NCBI GenBank assembly: GCA_036339465.1 | Contig: JAYZAY010000078.1 | Location: 18,218-82,217, forward strand | DNA from: Myxococcota bacterium | Lineage (GTDB): Bacteria > Myxococcota > XYA12-FULL-58-9 > JABJBS01 | Direction: 5' to 3' | Length of the DNA stretch: 64,000 nucleotides | Shown here: piece by piece, positions 51,939 through 61,954 of the stretch | Numbering within the stretch: the stretch's first letter is position 1 | Layout of the letters: each line of letters opens with the position of its first letter | The notes under the pieces: generated by a model | Databases searched by the model: none | What the model saw: the letters and a program-made list of their open reading frames with translations, nothing else | What the model was told of the DNA's origin: nothing | Made by a program: the position numbers and the translations under genes

Positions 51939-53678
51939 CTAATAAGGCGCCACATTCACCTCAACACAGCGTGAATCGACAACAAGTCCCGGTCTCTGAA
52001 TCACCTGCACTTTTTCATCTCGAAAGTGCTTTCGAGCCCCATTGAGCTTTGACTCAATTATCTTACCAAATGAAGGTGGAATTGAATAATGCCGTCCGTT
52101 AATCCAGCCTCCCTCTTGGATACCAGTGACCAAAACATAGACAGAACCACCTGCCCTCAAATTTTGTAACCAAGGAACCGCTGCACCAAGGGTTTCTAAT
52201 GTTCCGGCTGCCCCAATCAATTCAACGAAGTTCAGATCATTTGCACCACTGGCCCGAATGAGCATTTTCCTTCCTGCCCATTTACTTGGGACTTTGAATT
52301 CTACACTTTCAGTGAATTCCTTTCCGCGAGAACGTTTCATTGTAAGACGAACCCTCAATACCTCGCCGGGTCGGGGCCGAAGAGGATAAACACTTAGTTT
52401 CGTTATCTTTTCAATAATAGGTTCATAATCAAAAGTTGCATCAAAAGTGATCCGCATTCCCTTCGGCCATTCCCCCGGATTGTTCCACAAAAAGGAGGCC
52501 ATTCTCCCAAACTCCATACCTGCAATCATTGGCAATTGCCCATTCAATTCCGCACCATAAACTCTCTTTAGTGGAATCGCACCATACCCTTCCAATTCAA
52601 TGGCCCCATCCATCCGAATCATCATTCGCTGACTGGCATCGATCCGTCCCCCCAGTGCACTTGATATGGCGATGGTGAGTAGTCGTGGCGTTAAAGCGGG
52701 GTCTCGCACCACTTCAAATCCCACCTTATCAATCCCTTGAGGGGTACGAATGGTACCTGTTACAGGAATCATTGAGACCTCTCTACCTAGCTCGCCTGCG
52801 ATTGCAGGCAATCGGTCTTGGGTCAGAACCCCAATGGACCGTCCGGTGGCAGCCATCTTGAAAGAACGCCGCTGGGAAACCATCGTATTGAGAATTGTCG
52901 AATGAGCGAACGGGATCTCAATATTTCCTTTCCCCATAAAGGGATGGCCAAAAGCCGTAATTTTGTTTTTATCCACCGTTGTCACTGTCCCGACCGCCCC
53001 AATATCAACATCCCCTCGCACCAACACGGCAGTCACGGGAGCACCTGGGGCCATCGACTTTTCGAGCATTTTATCCTTGGGTGTTCCGGCAGATGCACCA
53101 ACTTCGAACCCCATATGGTTAAACCAAGGTGTGAAATGTGCCTGGACCGCCTTAGGAACTCCAGACATCGCCAGTGGCGTGGCGATCGCCACCAACCCGA
53201 TAGAGTCATCGCTATCTCCCCCTCTAAGCGCTTGAAACTCCTGCGCTTCAAATTGGGCCCAACGGTGGCGAGATTGCTTTAGTGCTTCAGAGGTCCATGG
53301 AACAGGAGGAGATTTCGTATCAAATACCGCTAACATATCCGAAATAGGAGTAATCCCGGCAATTGGCTCTTTGGCAAACGATGCAAATGCGTAGCCTAAA
53401 GCCCCAATTAGGCGCTCACCAATAAAACAGGGACTGCCACTCATACCGGAGACAACCCCTGTAAATTCTGGTTTTTCCCCTAGAAGCTTCACAAGTGTGA
53501 GCGGACGATTCGGGCCGAGATAGTTGTTCATGACCCCTTTGACAACAAAATCAAAAGGTTCGATCACATCGCCTTCGAACACCGTCAGGCAATGGCCTTT
53601 CTGCCCCTTCTCAATATCCTGAACATCCATGAGGGGAGGGAGCGCAAGCAACATTGATAAAGAAATTATTTCAATCAC
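51939..53678 (-). CDS. SpoIVB peptidase S55-domain protein
   Basis: G.G.TVFEG, GVVSGMSGSP (catalytic Ser), ITPI, GTVT and AFGHPF motifs. Confidence 0.85.
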   Translation of the reverse strand: MIEIISLSMLLALPPLMDVQDIEKGQKGHCLTVFEGDVIEPFDFVVKGVMNNYLGPNRPLTLVKLLGEKPEFTGVVSGMSGSPCFIGERLIGALGYAFASFAKEPIAGITPISDMLAVFDTKSPPVPWTSEALKQSRHRWAQFEAQEFQALRGGDSDDSIGLVAIATPLAMSGVPKAVQAHFTPWFNHMGFEVGASAGTPKDKMLEKSMAPGAPVTAVLVRGDVDIGAVGTVTTVDKNKITAFGHPFMGKGNIEIPFAHSTILNTMVSQRRSFKMAATGRSIGVLTQDRLPAIAGELGREVSMIPVTGTIRTPQGIDKVGFEVVRDPALTPRLLTIAISSALGGRIDASQRMMIRMDGAIELEGYGAIPLKRVYGAELNGQLPMIAGMEFGRMASFLWNNPGEWPKGMRITFDATFDYEPIIEKITKLSVYPLRPRPGEVLRVRLTMKRSRGKEFTESVEFKVPSKWAGRKMLIRASGANDLNFVELIGAAGTLETLGAAVPWLQNLRAGGSVYVLVTGIQEGGWINGRHYSIPPSFGKIIESKLNGARKHFRDEKVQVIQRPGLVVDSRCVEVNVAPY

Positions 53679-54013
53679 TCAAAGATACTAATACGAAATA
53701 GAGTCGACTTCCAATGGGTACCCAAGTTCGCATTTTTAAACGGTGGGTGCATGAGCCCTTCTCCCGCACAGGAAACACAATCCTGATCGTATTGTCTGCG
53801 ACTCTAAACTTCACATCCCCCCGTAAAACTCACCCTTTTCAAACACACAACTTCTCATTCTGAGCAAATCGGAGGGAAATCGTCATGGCTTTCTCTCCCC
53901 GCCTTACCCCAAAAAAGAGACCTCTCCCAGAACCAATCAATTCAGATACCAGCTGCGGAATTACAATGCCATGAAGTTGCAATAGTTGTACTTTCGAAGA
54001 TAAGGGAAGGCCC

Positions 54014-54676
54014 ATGGATACTTTAACTGAATCCCGCCATCGCTATCTCTGTGTCGATGGGCCAATTGCTGTCGGGAAAACAACTTTGTCGCGAATGCTC
54101 TCCGAACATTATGGAGCACGGCTGGTTCTTGAGGAATTTGATGAAAATCCATTCTTACGAGAATTTTACCAAGATCCGCATGGGGCCGCATTTCAAACAC
54201 AAATCTACTTTTTGATTTCTAGATACCAACAGCAACTAGAACTCTTACAACAAGAACTTTTCAGGCCCACCATTGTTAGCGACTACCTCTTCGCCAAAGA
54301 CCGCATTTTCGCTTACATGAACCTTAACGAAGAAGAAATTGGGCTCTACGAAAAGATATATGACATTTTACACCCAAAGCTCTTAAAGCCAGACCTCGTC
54401 ATTTACCTCAAAGCTGATCCCAAAACACTTGTCCAACGCATGAAAAAACGAGGGCGAGAATTCGAAACAAGCGTCAAGAAAGCATACCTAGAGAAGCTCA
54501 TGGCAGGATACAATGGATATTTTCGCCACTATGATGAATCTCCCTTGCTTGTCTTAGACACCAGCTACGTAGATTTTGAAAAAAGCCCTAACGATTTCCA
54601 ATACATTATTGAAATCATTGAAGGTCACACTGAAGGGCACAAGCATCTCACCCCTAACAAGCCCCATTCAGGTTAA
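54014..54676 (+). CDS. deoxynucleoside kinase
   Basis: GPIAVGKTT, ENPFL..FY, Q..FL.SR, PDLVIYL and RGREFE motifs. Confidence 0.93.
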   Translation: MDTLTESRHRYLCVDGPIAVGKTTLSRMLSEHYGARLVLEEFDENPFLREFYQDPHGAAFQTQIYFLISRYQQQLELLQQELFRPTIVSDYLFAKDRIFAYMNLNEEEIGLYEKIYDILHPKLLKPDLVIYLKADPKTLVQRMKKRGREFETSVKKAYLEKLMAGYNGYFRHYDESPLLVLDTSYVDFEKSPNDFQYIIEIIEGHTEGHKHLTPNKPHSG

Positions 54677-54684
54677 CCAAACTG

Positions 54685-55842
54685 ATGGGTCTATCAGTTA
54701 CCTTCGAATCTACACTCGAAAAAATCGACCCAGATCAATGGAACAACCTGCTAACAAAAAGCGACAATCCATTCATTTCTTACGCATTTCTGAGAGGGCT
54801 AGAAGACTCAAATTGTGTAGGAACCGAAGAATCCGGCTGGTTACCCCAACACGTTTGTCTCTGGCAAGATGGATCTCTCGTAGCTGGAATGCCTTGCTAC
54901 GTAAAACTACATTCGTACGGTGAATATATATTTGACTGGGCCTGGGCTAGGGCAGCTCACCAGGCAACCATAGGCTATTACCCCAAATTAGTATCAGCAG
55001 CCCCCTTTACCCCTGTCACCGGACGACGAATACTCATGGGTGCCCATGCTCCAAAAGATGCGCGAGAGATTCTCATCCAAGGCTTATTGAAATTACAATC
55101 AGTAACAAAGGCATCATCTACTCACATTCTCTTTGAAACTGAGCATGAAACACAATTATTGGAAAAACACGAATTCCTCACTCGTCTGAGTTATCAATTT
55201 CATTGGAGGAATAACAGGGAATGGACTTCGTTTGACTCTTTCTTGAGTAGTTTGCGTTCTTCCAACCGTAAACAGATAAAGCGAGAACGAAACAAAGCAC
55301 AATCTCAGGTCACAAGAATAATTACCAAAACGGGACAAGAAATCACTCCAAAAGAGTGGGATGCGCTGTACGACTTCTATTTATCGACCGTTAGAGCCCA
55401 TAGAGCAACACCTTATTTAAACAGAGAATTTTTCGAATGGCTCTCCGTCTCACAAAAAGAAACAAACAACGTCGTGAGCTTTCTTGCATTCAAAAAAGAA
55501 GAGATCGTTGCTGGAGTCCTGTGCTTTCGTTCAGAAGAGTGTCTTTATGGAAGATATTGGGGAAGCTATTTGGAGCTCGATGCAATGCACTTCGAACTCT
55601 GCTACTACTCTCCTATTGAGTGGTGTATCGAAAATGGCATAACCTATTTTGAAGCAGGGGCTCAAGGTACTCATAAAATCAAACGCGGCCTCCTTCCCCG
55701 CTCCTGTTACAGCTCGCACTACATATCAAACACACAATTAAGACGAGGTGTTGCGCAATATATTCAATACGAGAAACAAGAGATTGAGCACCAAATGAGA
55801 AAATATTCAGAGCACAGTCCTTTTAAGAAAAACCTTTGTTAA
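54685..55842 (+). CDS. FemAB-like GNAT (DUF482) protein
   Basis: HSYGEYIFDWAWA, PFTPVTG, LYGRYWG, HFELCYY and EAGAQG.HK motifs. Confidence 0.9.
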   Translation: MGLSVTFESTLEKIDPDQWNNLLTKSDNPFISYAFLRGLEDSNCVGTEESGWLPQHVCLWQDGSLVAGMPCYVKLHSYGEYIFDWAWARAAHQATIGYYPKLVSAAPFTPVTGRRILMGAHAPKDAREILIQGLLKLQSVTKASSTHILFETEHETQLLEKHEFLTRLSYQFHWRNNREWTSFDSFLSSLRSSNRKQIKRERNKAQSQVTRIITKTGQEITPKEWDALYDFYLSTVRAHRATPYLNREFFEWLSVSQKETNNVVSFLAFKKEEIVAGVLCFRSEECLYGRYWGSYLELDAMHFELCYYSPIEWCIENGITYFEAGAQGTHKIKRGLLPRSCYSSHYISNTQLRRGVAQYIQYEKQEIEHQMRKYSEHSPFKKNLC

Positions 55843-56738
55843 ACAGATTCTATGCCTAAACAATGCTCACAGACGAAGTCATAAACTTCTCTCGCTAGGT
55901 TCATATGAAGATGATGACCACCTGAAAATCTTTTTAACACGAGATTGTTAATAGCACCCATTCGTTGGCTTAATACCTCAGGCTGCCAAGACAAACCCTT
56001 GTCTCCCAACACCAGGGAAACCGGAATATTAATAGCCCGTAAATAACTCAAAACCTGTTCTTCAGTAAACCTCAAGGGCGATGTCACCCGCAACCGTGGA
56101 TCCGCCGACCATGCCCAGCCTCCGTCAACCTGCCTCAATCCCCGTTTAGCCAGAGAAAAAAGCTCCTTAGCAGAGAGACCAACGTACACTTCACTTAGTC
56201 TTTGAGCTGCTTCACCGATATCAGAAAAAATCCGGGGCTTATTTTTCTCGAGAGATTTCAATCCTTTCAGATGACGTGCCATCAAATTGGGAGCTTCTTC
56301 TGCTTTTGATGTTAGGGGCCCCAATCCTTCAATAAGATTTAACGTCTTAATTCGATCACCCAAAACTCCAGCCGCCAGTGAAGCAACACCTGCCCCCATT
56401 GAATGCCCCAGTAAATGAAACGACTCCCACTCCAAAACATCAGCGCATTGCTCTACCAAGGGCACCCAATCAATAAAATGATAAAATGCACCGGGTGGTC
56501 GCCGAAAGGAGTGACCATGTCCCGGAAAATCAATCGATATCCAATGAAATTTTTCGTGGGCCTGCTTCATCATAGGAATGAAGCTAGAAGCATTGTCAAG
56601 CCAGCCGTGAAGGGCTAGGACCCTTTCCGAATTCCCTTTGCCAAACTCCAACCCGGCCAAAGTTCCTCCAGGAATCAAAATATCTTTTTCAGTAACCGAA
56701 ATATCCTTCTTAAGCATGAGCAGTGTCATCATTTCCAA
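55839..56738 (-). CDS. alpha/beta hydrolase
   Basis: LHGWLDNA, GHG, GHSMG and GGHHLH motifs. Confidence 0.92.
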   Translation of the reverse strand: MEMMTLLMLKKDISVTEKDILIPGGTLAGLEFGKGNSERVLALHGWLDNASSFIPMMKQAHEKFHWISIDFPGHGHSFRRPPGAFYHFIDWVPLVEQCADVLEWESFHLLGHSMGAGVASLAAGVLGDRIKTLNLIEGLGPLTSKAEEAPNLMARHLKGLKSLEKNKPRIFSDIGEAAQRLSEVYVGLSAKELFSLAKRGLRQVDGGWAWSADPRLRVTSPLRFTEEQVLSYLRAINIPVSLVLGDKGLSWQPEVLSQRMGAINNLVLKRFSGGHHLHMNLAREVYDFVCEHCLGIESV

Positions 56739-58749
56739 AAATTTTGGCTTTCATATCAGAAAAAAACTTCTCCGCCATAGCCTCAGAATTCTCATCATCA
56801 GTTGCATCCTTACGCGACCACCGCCGAACCCCGTCGCCCTCCGGTAATTCCTCTAAGAATCGGGATGGACTTCGCTGGGTCAATGACCCATTCGCGTTCC
56901 TATTTTGCGTGTAACACATCCACAACTTACGCCTTGCTCGAGTCATTCCCACATAGCAAAGTCGTCGCTCTTCAGACAAATCGCCTCCAGCATCATCAAT
57001 CGTTTTCTTGTGTGGTAGAAGCTCCTCCTCAACACCAACCATAAAAACATTGTCGAATTCCAACCCCTTTGCACCATGAAGGGTCATTAAAGTTACCGAC
57101 TCCTCATTTTGTTCGTCCTTTTCCTCCTTCACCAATCGAGAGAGCCTAACAAATTCTTCGAGCCCGCCACTGCTTTTTTCACTTTGACAAAAGCGTTCTA
57201 CAGATCTCATAAATGCATTTAGATTCTCGACCCGCCTAGTCGCCACACCTGGAGAATCATCCGAACTATAAACGAACTCCCGATAGTTAATATCGCTCAA
57301 CATGGCATCAATCGCTCCTGGTAAGTTTACCAACTCAGCATTCTTCAACGAATCACTGTGTCGAGAAGTGAAATCGAGAAATTGTTGAATTGAAGCGCGC
57401 GCGGCAGGTTTAAGTTCTGGGATTTCGTTAAAAGACACCATGGCACGATAGAGAGGACAGCCCACTGCTTCAGCATAATTCGTTAATCTCTCCACAGTTG
57501 TCGGTCCAATACCTCTCGGAGGGGTATTCACAATCCTTCTCAACGAAACTTCATCATTGGGGTTAACCAATAAGGACAGATAAGCCAAAATATCCTTTAT
57601 TTCTTTCCTGTCATAAACCGATTGTCCCCCAACAACCTTAAATGGGATTTTATTCAAAGCCAAAAGCTCTTCAAAAATGCGAGCCTGCGTATTGGCTCGA
57701 TAGAGAATAGCCATCGAATTATAGGAGACCCCCTGAAAACCCATCTTTCCAATCTCGGAAGAAACAAACTCCGACTCATCATCCCCATCCAAACAGGTAA
57801 CCACTTCAACGGGGTCACCAACTCCCAGGTCCGACCAAAGATGCTTTAATTTGCGACTTTTGTTATTCTTGATGACCGCATTTGCTGCTTCTAGAATATT
57901 CGTGGTCGAACGATAATTCTGATCGAGAATAACGGTTTTAGCACCAGGAAAATTTTTTTCAAACCGTAGGATATTCTCTGCTGCCGCCCCCCGCCAACTG
58001 TAAATTGACTGGTCATCGTCACCAACAACGCAAACATTTCGTTCCACAGCTCCAAGGATTTCAAGAAGCTTCATCTGATCCGGACTGGTGTCCTGATATT
58101 CATCCACCAATAGATAGTCATATTTTTCCATCCATCTTTGTGCCACCTCAGGTATCTCTAAAACCTTTCGAGCCAAAATGAGTAGATCGTCAAAATCAAC
58201 TGCATTGAACGCTTTCATCTGTTCCAGGTATTTCGGATAGAGCTCGTAGGCTGCGAACTCGTAGTCATCTGCCCAATCGATCTGAACTTCAGTCAATCCG
58301 TTCTTCTTGGTTTTGAGAAGAATCTCTAAAACCTTTTGTACATCCAACCGTCGGTCCGAGACCGTGGTCCGCCTCATAAGCTCTCGGACCAAACTAACCT
58401 GGTCAGCTCGATCGTATATACAGAAGCCCCGACGCAAGTTCGCAGCCTTATACTCTTGCTTTAAGATAAGTAGCCCAAGTGAGTGAAAGGTAGAAATCGT
58501 CAGCCCCTTAGCTTGGCTTCTCAATACACCATGAATTCGCTCCCGCATTTCAACCGCTGCTTTATTGGTAAAAGTTACTGCGGCGATCCGACTAGAAGCC
58601 ACGCCATCGGTAACCAAACGCGCAATTCGACTCGTAATAACTTTAGTCTTTCCGCTTCCCGCACCAGCTAAGACCAAAAGCGGCCCTTTCTCATGCATCA
58701 CAGCATCACGTTGTTGGGAATTAAGTCGAAGAAACTCAGTTTCTAACAT
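56710..58749 (-). CDS. UvrD/Rep/PcrA helicase
   Basis: AGAGSGKT, TFTNKAA, DEYQD, GDDDQSIY, QNYRS, TLHGAKGLEF and YVGMTRA motifs. Confidence 0.95.
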   Translation of the reverse strand: MLETEFLRLNSQQRDAVMHEKGPLLVLAGAGSGKTKVITSRIARLVTDGVASSRIAAVTFTNKAAVEMRERIHGVLRSQAKGLTISTFHSLGLLILKQEYKAANLRRGFCIYDRADQVSLVRELMRRTTVSDRRLDVQKVLEILLKTKKNGLTEVQIDWADDYEFAAYELYPKYLEQMKAFNAVDFDDLLILARKVLEIPEVAQRWMEKYDYLLVDEYQDTSPDQMKLLEILGAVERNVCVVGDDDQSIYSWRGAAAENILRFEKNFPGAKTVILDQNYRSTTNILEAANAVIKNNKSRKLKHLWSDLGVGDPVEVVTCLDGDDESEFVSSEIGKMGFQGVSYNSMAILYRANTQARIFEELLALNKIPFKVVGGQSVYDRKEIKDILAYLSLLVNPNDEVSLRRIVNTPPRGIGPTTVERLTNYAEAVGCPLYRAMVSFNEIPELKPAARASIQQFLDFTSRHSDSLKNAELVNLPGAIDAMLSDINYREFVYSSDDSPGVATRRVENLNAFMRSVERFCQSEKSSGGLEEFVRLSRLVKEEKDEQNEESVTLMTLHGAKGLEFDNVFMVGVEEELLPHKKTIDDAGGDLSEERRLCYVGMTRARRKLWMCYTQNRNANGSLTQRSPSRFLEELPEGDGVRRWSRKDATDDENSEAMAEKFFSDMKAKIFGNDDTAHA

Positions 58750-58752
58750 AGA

Positions 58753-60456
58753 TTATCCAAATCGAGCGCGAATCCGGTTCACCACGCTCCAGAATTCTTG
58801 AATACGAAAAGATGAGTGGTCACCGGTTAAAAGGGAAGGATACTCATCTCCTACTTGATGTTCTAGATATGCATACACTCTATTGATTAAAACTTCAGAG
58901 AGAATTTCCTTCTCCTTTTCACAACCAATGACCTCACACAATACCGACAAAATTGCCCTCAATTGTCCCTGTTCAACCAATTGCTCAACCGCTCTCACGT
59001 CAATATCAGAGCGCCCCAAGCGGGCTGTAGAGAGATGTTGCACACTAATCTTGGTCCCTTTCCGGTCCCGAAAATCGATCTTCCGCTCGAAACTTAGCGC
59101 TCTCTCCCTCAGTACTTTCCAAGTCACTCGATCTGAGAGAACATCTCGCGGATATTCTTCTAGAATTCTCTGGGTTTGCCCTGATAAATCCACAGGGAGG
59201 TAATTCATCATTCCGATAACCGCATCCGCCACATCAAGATAGTCACCACAACCACCAATGACAGCGATAATCGATACTCCCAGCTCATCAATAAGATTTC
59301 GGGCATGGTCGATCAGAGGTGTAATGGGTTCATCCGCCTTGGCAATGAGCGAGCGCATGCGAAGGTCACGAATCATAAAATTGGTAGCAGACGTATCTTC
59401 ATCAAACACAAGTACTTTTGAACCAACTTCCAGGGCCTCAACAACGCTGGCTGCTTGCGAGGTTGAGCCACTCGCATTTTCCGTATCAAATTGGGATGTA
59501 TCTACTTTAGCGGGGAGGTTATTGATGAAGTTAGAGATGTCTGTGTTCTCCACGTAGCGCCCATCTTCGGCTCGAATCTTCGTAATGGTCTCGCTTGCAA
59601 CAACATATTCTCTACCGTCACCGGGAATTGAATCATAACAACCCACCTCAATGGCCTGTAACAAAGTCGATTTTCCGTGATAGCCGCCGCCGACAATCAA
59701 ATTGACCCCTCGACAAATTCCCATTCCAGTGACAACCCCCACATTAGGAAGCGTGAAACTCATGGAAAGCTCATCAGGAGCAACAAAGGCTCGGGCCAAC
59801 TTTTCTGACATTGGCCGGTCATCTATTCCTGAACGGCGGGGCAAAAGCGAGCCATTGGCAGCAAACGCAATAAGATCACGTCCACTTAATTGGGTTCGAA
59901 GCGCAACACTATCTTCCACAACATCGCAATGATTTTTGAGTTTCGATTCATCATAAGAAGACGGAGCAAAGGTGCCCTCAATCAAGGCAGGTAGGGTTTC
60001 TTCAAAAAGACGTCCCGCCTCCCGACCCAAAATTCGCCTTCCACGGGCTGGTAAACCTAGGCGGAAACGAATCGAAAAAGTCCCATCCGTCGCCAAATGA
60101 CAAAAATTTCTCCACAATACATGCTGTGATAGAGGAGGAAAAACAATCTTGCCTCCCTTACCCGATCCAATACTTCGACTTAGTCCACGAGCCTCATACG
60201 CAAACGCACGACCAAAAAAATCGGCCGCAGCCCTCCTGCGGTCAACTGTGGAAAAGACCCAAGCAGGCAAATCCAAATAAGAAGATTCACAGACAACCCG
60301 AATTATGGATGGCTCAGCAAAGGGATCACCCTGAACATGTTCAACATCTAACGAAAAATGAGGGTATCCGTAGGTCCCCTTCAGCTTCTTGTATTGGGGG
60401 TAGCCTGCTCCATCGAGACTCCAAAGTAACTTAATTAACGCTTGATCTGATTTCAT
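58753..60456 (-). CDS. predicted ABC-class ATPase (ABC_ATPase family)
   Basis: HVQGDPFA, GGGYHGKST, IRAEDGR, NASGSTSQA and DEDTSATNFMIRD motifs. Confidence 0.85.
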   Translation of the reverse strand: MKSDQALIKLLWSLDGAGYPQYKKLKGTYGYPHFSLDVEHVQGDPFAEPSIIRVVCESSYLDLPAWVFSTVDRRRAAADFFGRAFAYEARGLSRSIGSGKGGKIVFPPLSQHVLWRNFCHLATDGTFSIRFRLGLPARGRRILGREAGRLFEETLPALIEGTFAPSSYDESKLKNHCDVVEDSVALRTQLSGRDLIAFAANGSLLPRRSGIDDRPMSEKLARAFVAPDELSMSFTLPNVGVVTGMGICRGVNLIVGGGYHGKSTLLQAIEVGCYDSIPGDGREYVVASETITKIRAEDGRYVENTDISNFINNLPAKVDTSQFDTENASGSTSQAASVVEALEVGSKVLVFDEDTSATNFMIRDLRMRSLIAKADEPITPLIDHARNLIDELGVSIIAVIGGCGDYLDVADAVIGMMNYLPVDLSGQTQRILEEYPRDVLSDRVTWKVLRERALSFERKIDFRDRKGTKISVQHLSTARLGRSDIDVRAVEQLVEQGQLRAILSVLCEVIGCEKEKEILSEVLINRVYAYLEHQVGDEYPSLLTGDHSSFRIQEFWSVVNRIRARFG

Positions 60457-60482
60457 GAAATATTGTCCGCTCATGCCTGCGA

Positions 60483-61130
60483 TCAAGAAGAGGTCGTAAT
60501 TGGGGCAAACCGCCCAGAAAGCTGGCGCTGTACCTGAATCAAACGGGCTGCGGTCCAAATATTCATAGAAAGTAACAGTGCCAATAAGCCGAAGATAATA
60601 TAGCAATTACGCTCGCGCTGCCCGGGCTCCACCGACACTTGGACAATTCTCAAGTCGGGAGAGGCTTCAACCCCAAACTTCGTTTGGTAAGTCCGAATCA
60701 ACTCGCGATATTGCAAATCGCGTGTCGGATCGATAACCCGACCTTCAACTTCAACTCTCTGAGCAATTCCGTATGAATCCTCATTGGCTAAAACCTCAAT
60801 AAACACCCCACCAGATCCCACCAAGCGAAAATACCAAAACTCTTCACGTTCAAAGCTAAGCCCCCGCATAAATTCCTGGGTCAAACCTCGATGCTCAGTG
60901 ATACCTCGTACGCGTATATAGCCGTTGTGAGGCAGGACTGATGCTCCTACTTCCATCGTATTGATTGTAGGAATAAATTCGGGTTTCTGTGAAAATTCAA
61001 AAGCGACCCAATCTTTCAAGCCCCATAGATACCACCCCACAACCAAGAAAAAGACGGCCATCGTCATCAAATGACGTAAGTAGCGCCGACGACGCTCATG
61101 ATATTTACGTAACTCGTCTTCAAAACCCAT
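60483..61130 (-). CDS. hypothetical two-TM membrane protein
   Basis: Hydrophobic helices near both termini flanking a beta-rich domain. Confidence 0.65.
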   Translation of the reverse strand: MGFEDELRKYHERRRRYLRHLMTMAVFFLVVGWYLWGLKDWVAFEFSQKPEFIPTINTMEVGASVLPHNGYIRVRGITEHRGLTQEFMRGLSFEREEFWYFRLVGSGGVFIEVLANEDSYGIAQRVEVEGRVIDPTRDLQYRELIRTYQTKFGVEASPDLRIVQVSVEPGQRERNCYIIFGLLALLLSMNIWTAARLIQVQRQLSGRFAPITTSS

Positions 61131-61295
61131 ATTCTATCACCTAAACGACAAATAGCCCCTATTAACAAAGACGATTCCCCTTCAAGATAAACGCGTCCCG
61201 TAGATAGGCAACTAAACCATGCATAGGATGAAAATCAACGTAGTTTGATAAATTTAGTCATTACTCTAGATGAAAAGTAATCAAAAAGGCGGGTA

Positions 61296-61790
61296 CTACG
61301 CCAGCTCAAAGATAATCTTGAATTCCCGCTCGATATCCTCTTCGTCGGTACCTTTCGCCACCGCCAATTCCCGCACCAAAAGACCACGGGCAGTATCGAG
61401 CAGCTTAAGCTCGCAAAAACTCAGATCCTTGTCGACCTTAAGAAGATAGAGATCCCTCAAAACCTCAGCCACTTCAAAGACCGAGCCCGTTTTAATTTTC
61501 TCCATGTATTCTCGATATCTACGATTCCATGTGGTCGTCTCAACACTTAGAGATTTTGACTTAAGTATTTTAAATACTTTCTCGACTTTGCTCTTACTAA
61601 TAACCTCACGTAATCCAACCTGGCGTACATTGTTAGTAGGAACCATAATTTTCATGCCATTCTCTAATATTCTTAGGACATAAAAAGTTTGCTCCATTCC
61701 TCCAATGGAACGGTTTTCAATGGCCATAACTTCACCTACACCATGTGCAGGATAAACAGCCTTATCTCCTACCTTAAAGGATTCTCGCAT
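61296..61790 (-). CDS. cdnL: CarD/CdnL-family RNA-polymerase-binding factor (no HMGA tail)
   Basis: FKVGDKAVYPAHGVG, VGLR and TWNRRYRE; 164 aa. Confidence 0.9.
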   Translation of the reverse strand: MRESFKVGDKAVYPAHGVGEVMAIENRSIGGMEQTFYVLRILENGMKIMVPTNNVRQVGLREVISKSKVEKVFKILKSKSLSVETTTWNRRYREYMEKIKTGSVFEVAEVLRDLYLLKVDKDLSFCELKLLDTARGLLVRELAVAKGTDEEDIEREFKIIFELA

Positions 61791-61954
61791 TTGGTACCCT
61801 TTCGCGACTTGCTTTAATACTACAGGCTTGACTACCTTAGACCACTTTCACCCACCTGGCGGAAGCCCGTCACTAATAACACAAAAATCACCTTCCAACA
61901 ATTGAAAAAAGTTATTCCACTGGGGATTGTTCTCTGCATCTTCAGTAAAAACAC

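Noticed and set aside
53679..54013. Possible gene remnant upstream of the deoxynucleoside kinase
   Set aside because: No motif could be reconstructed with confidence.
45701..60456. FxsA, UvrD and the ATPase as an anti-phage defence island
   Set aside because: These are typical housekeeping-type homologues interspersed with metabolic genes, with no nuclease or effector partners and no mobility signs.
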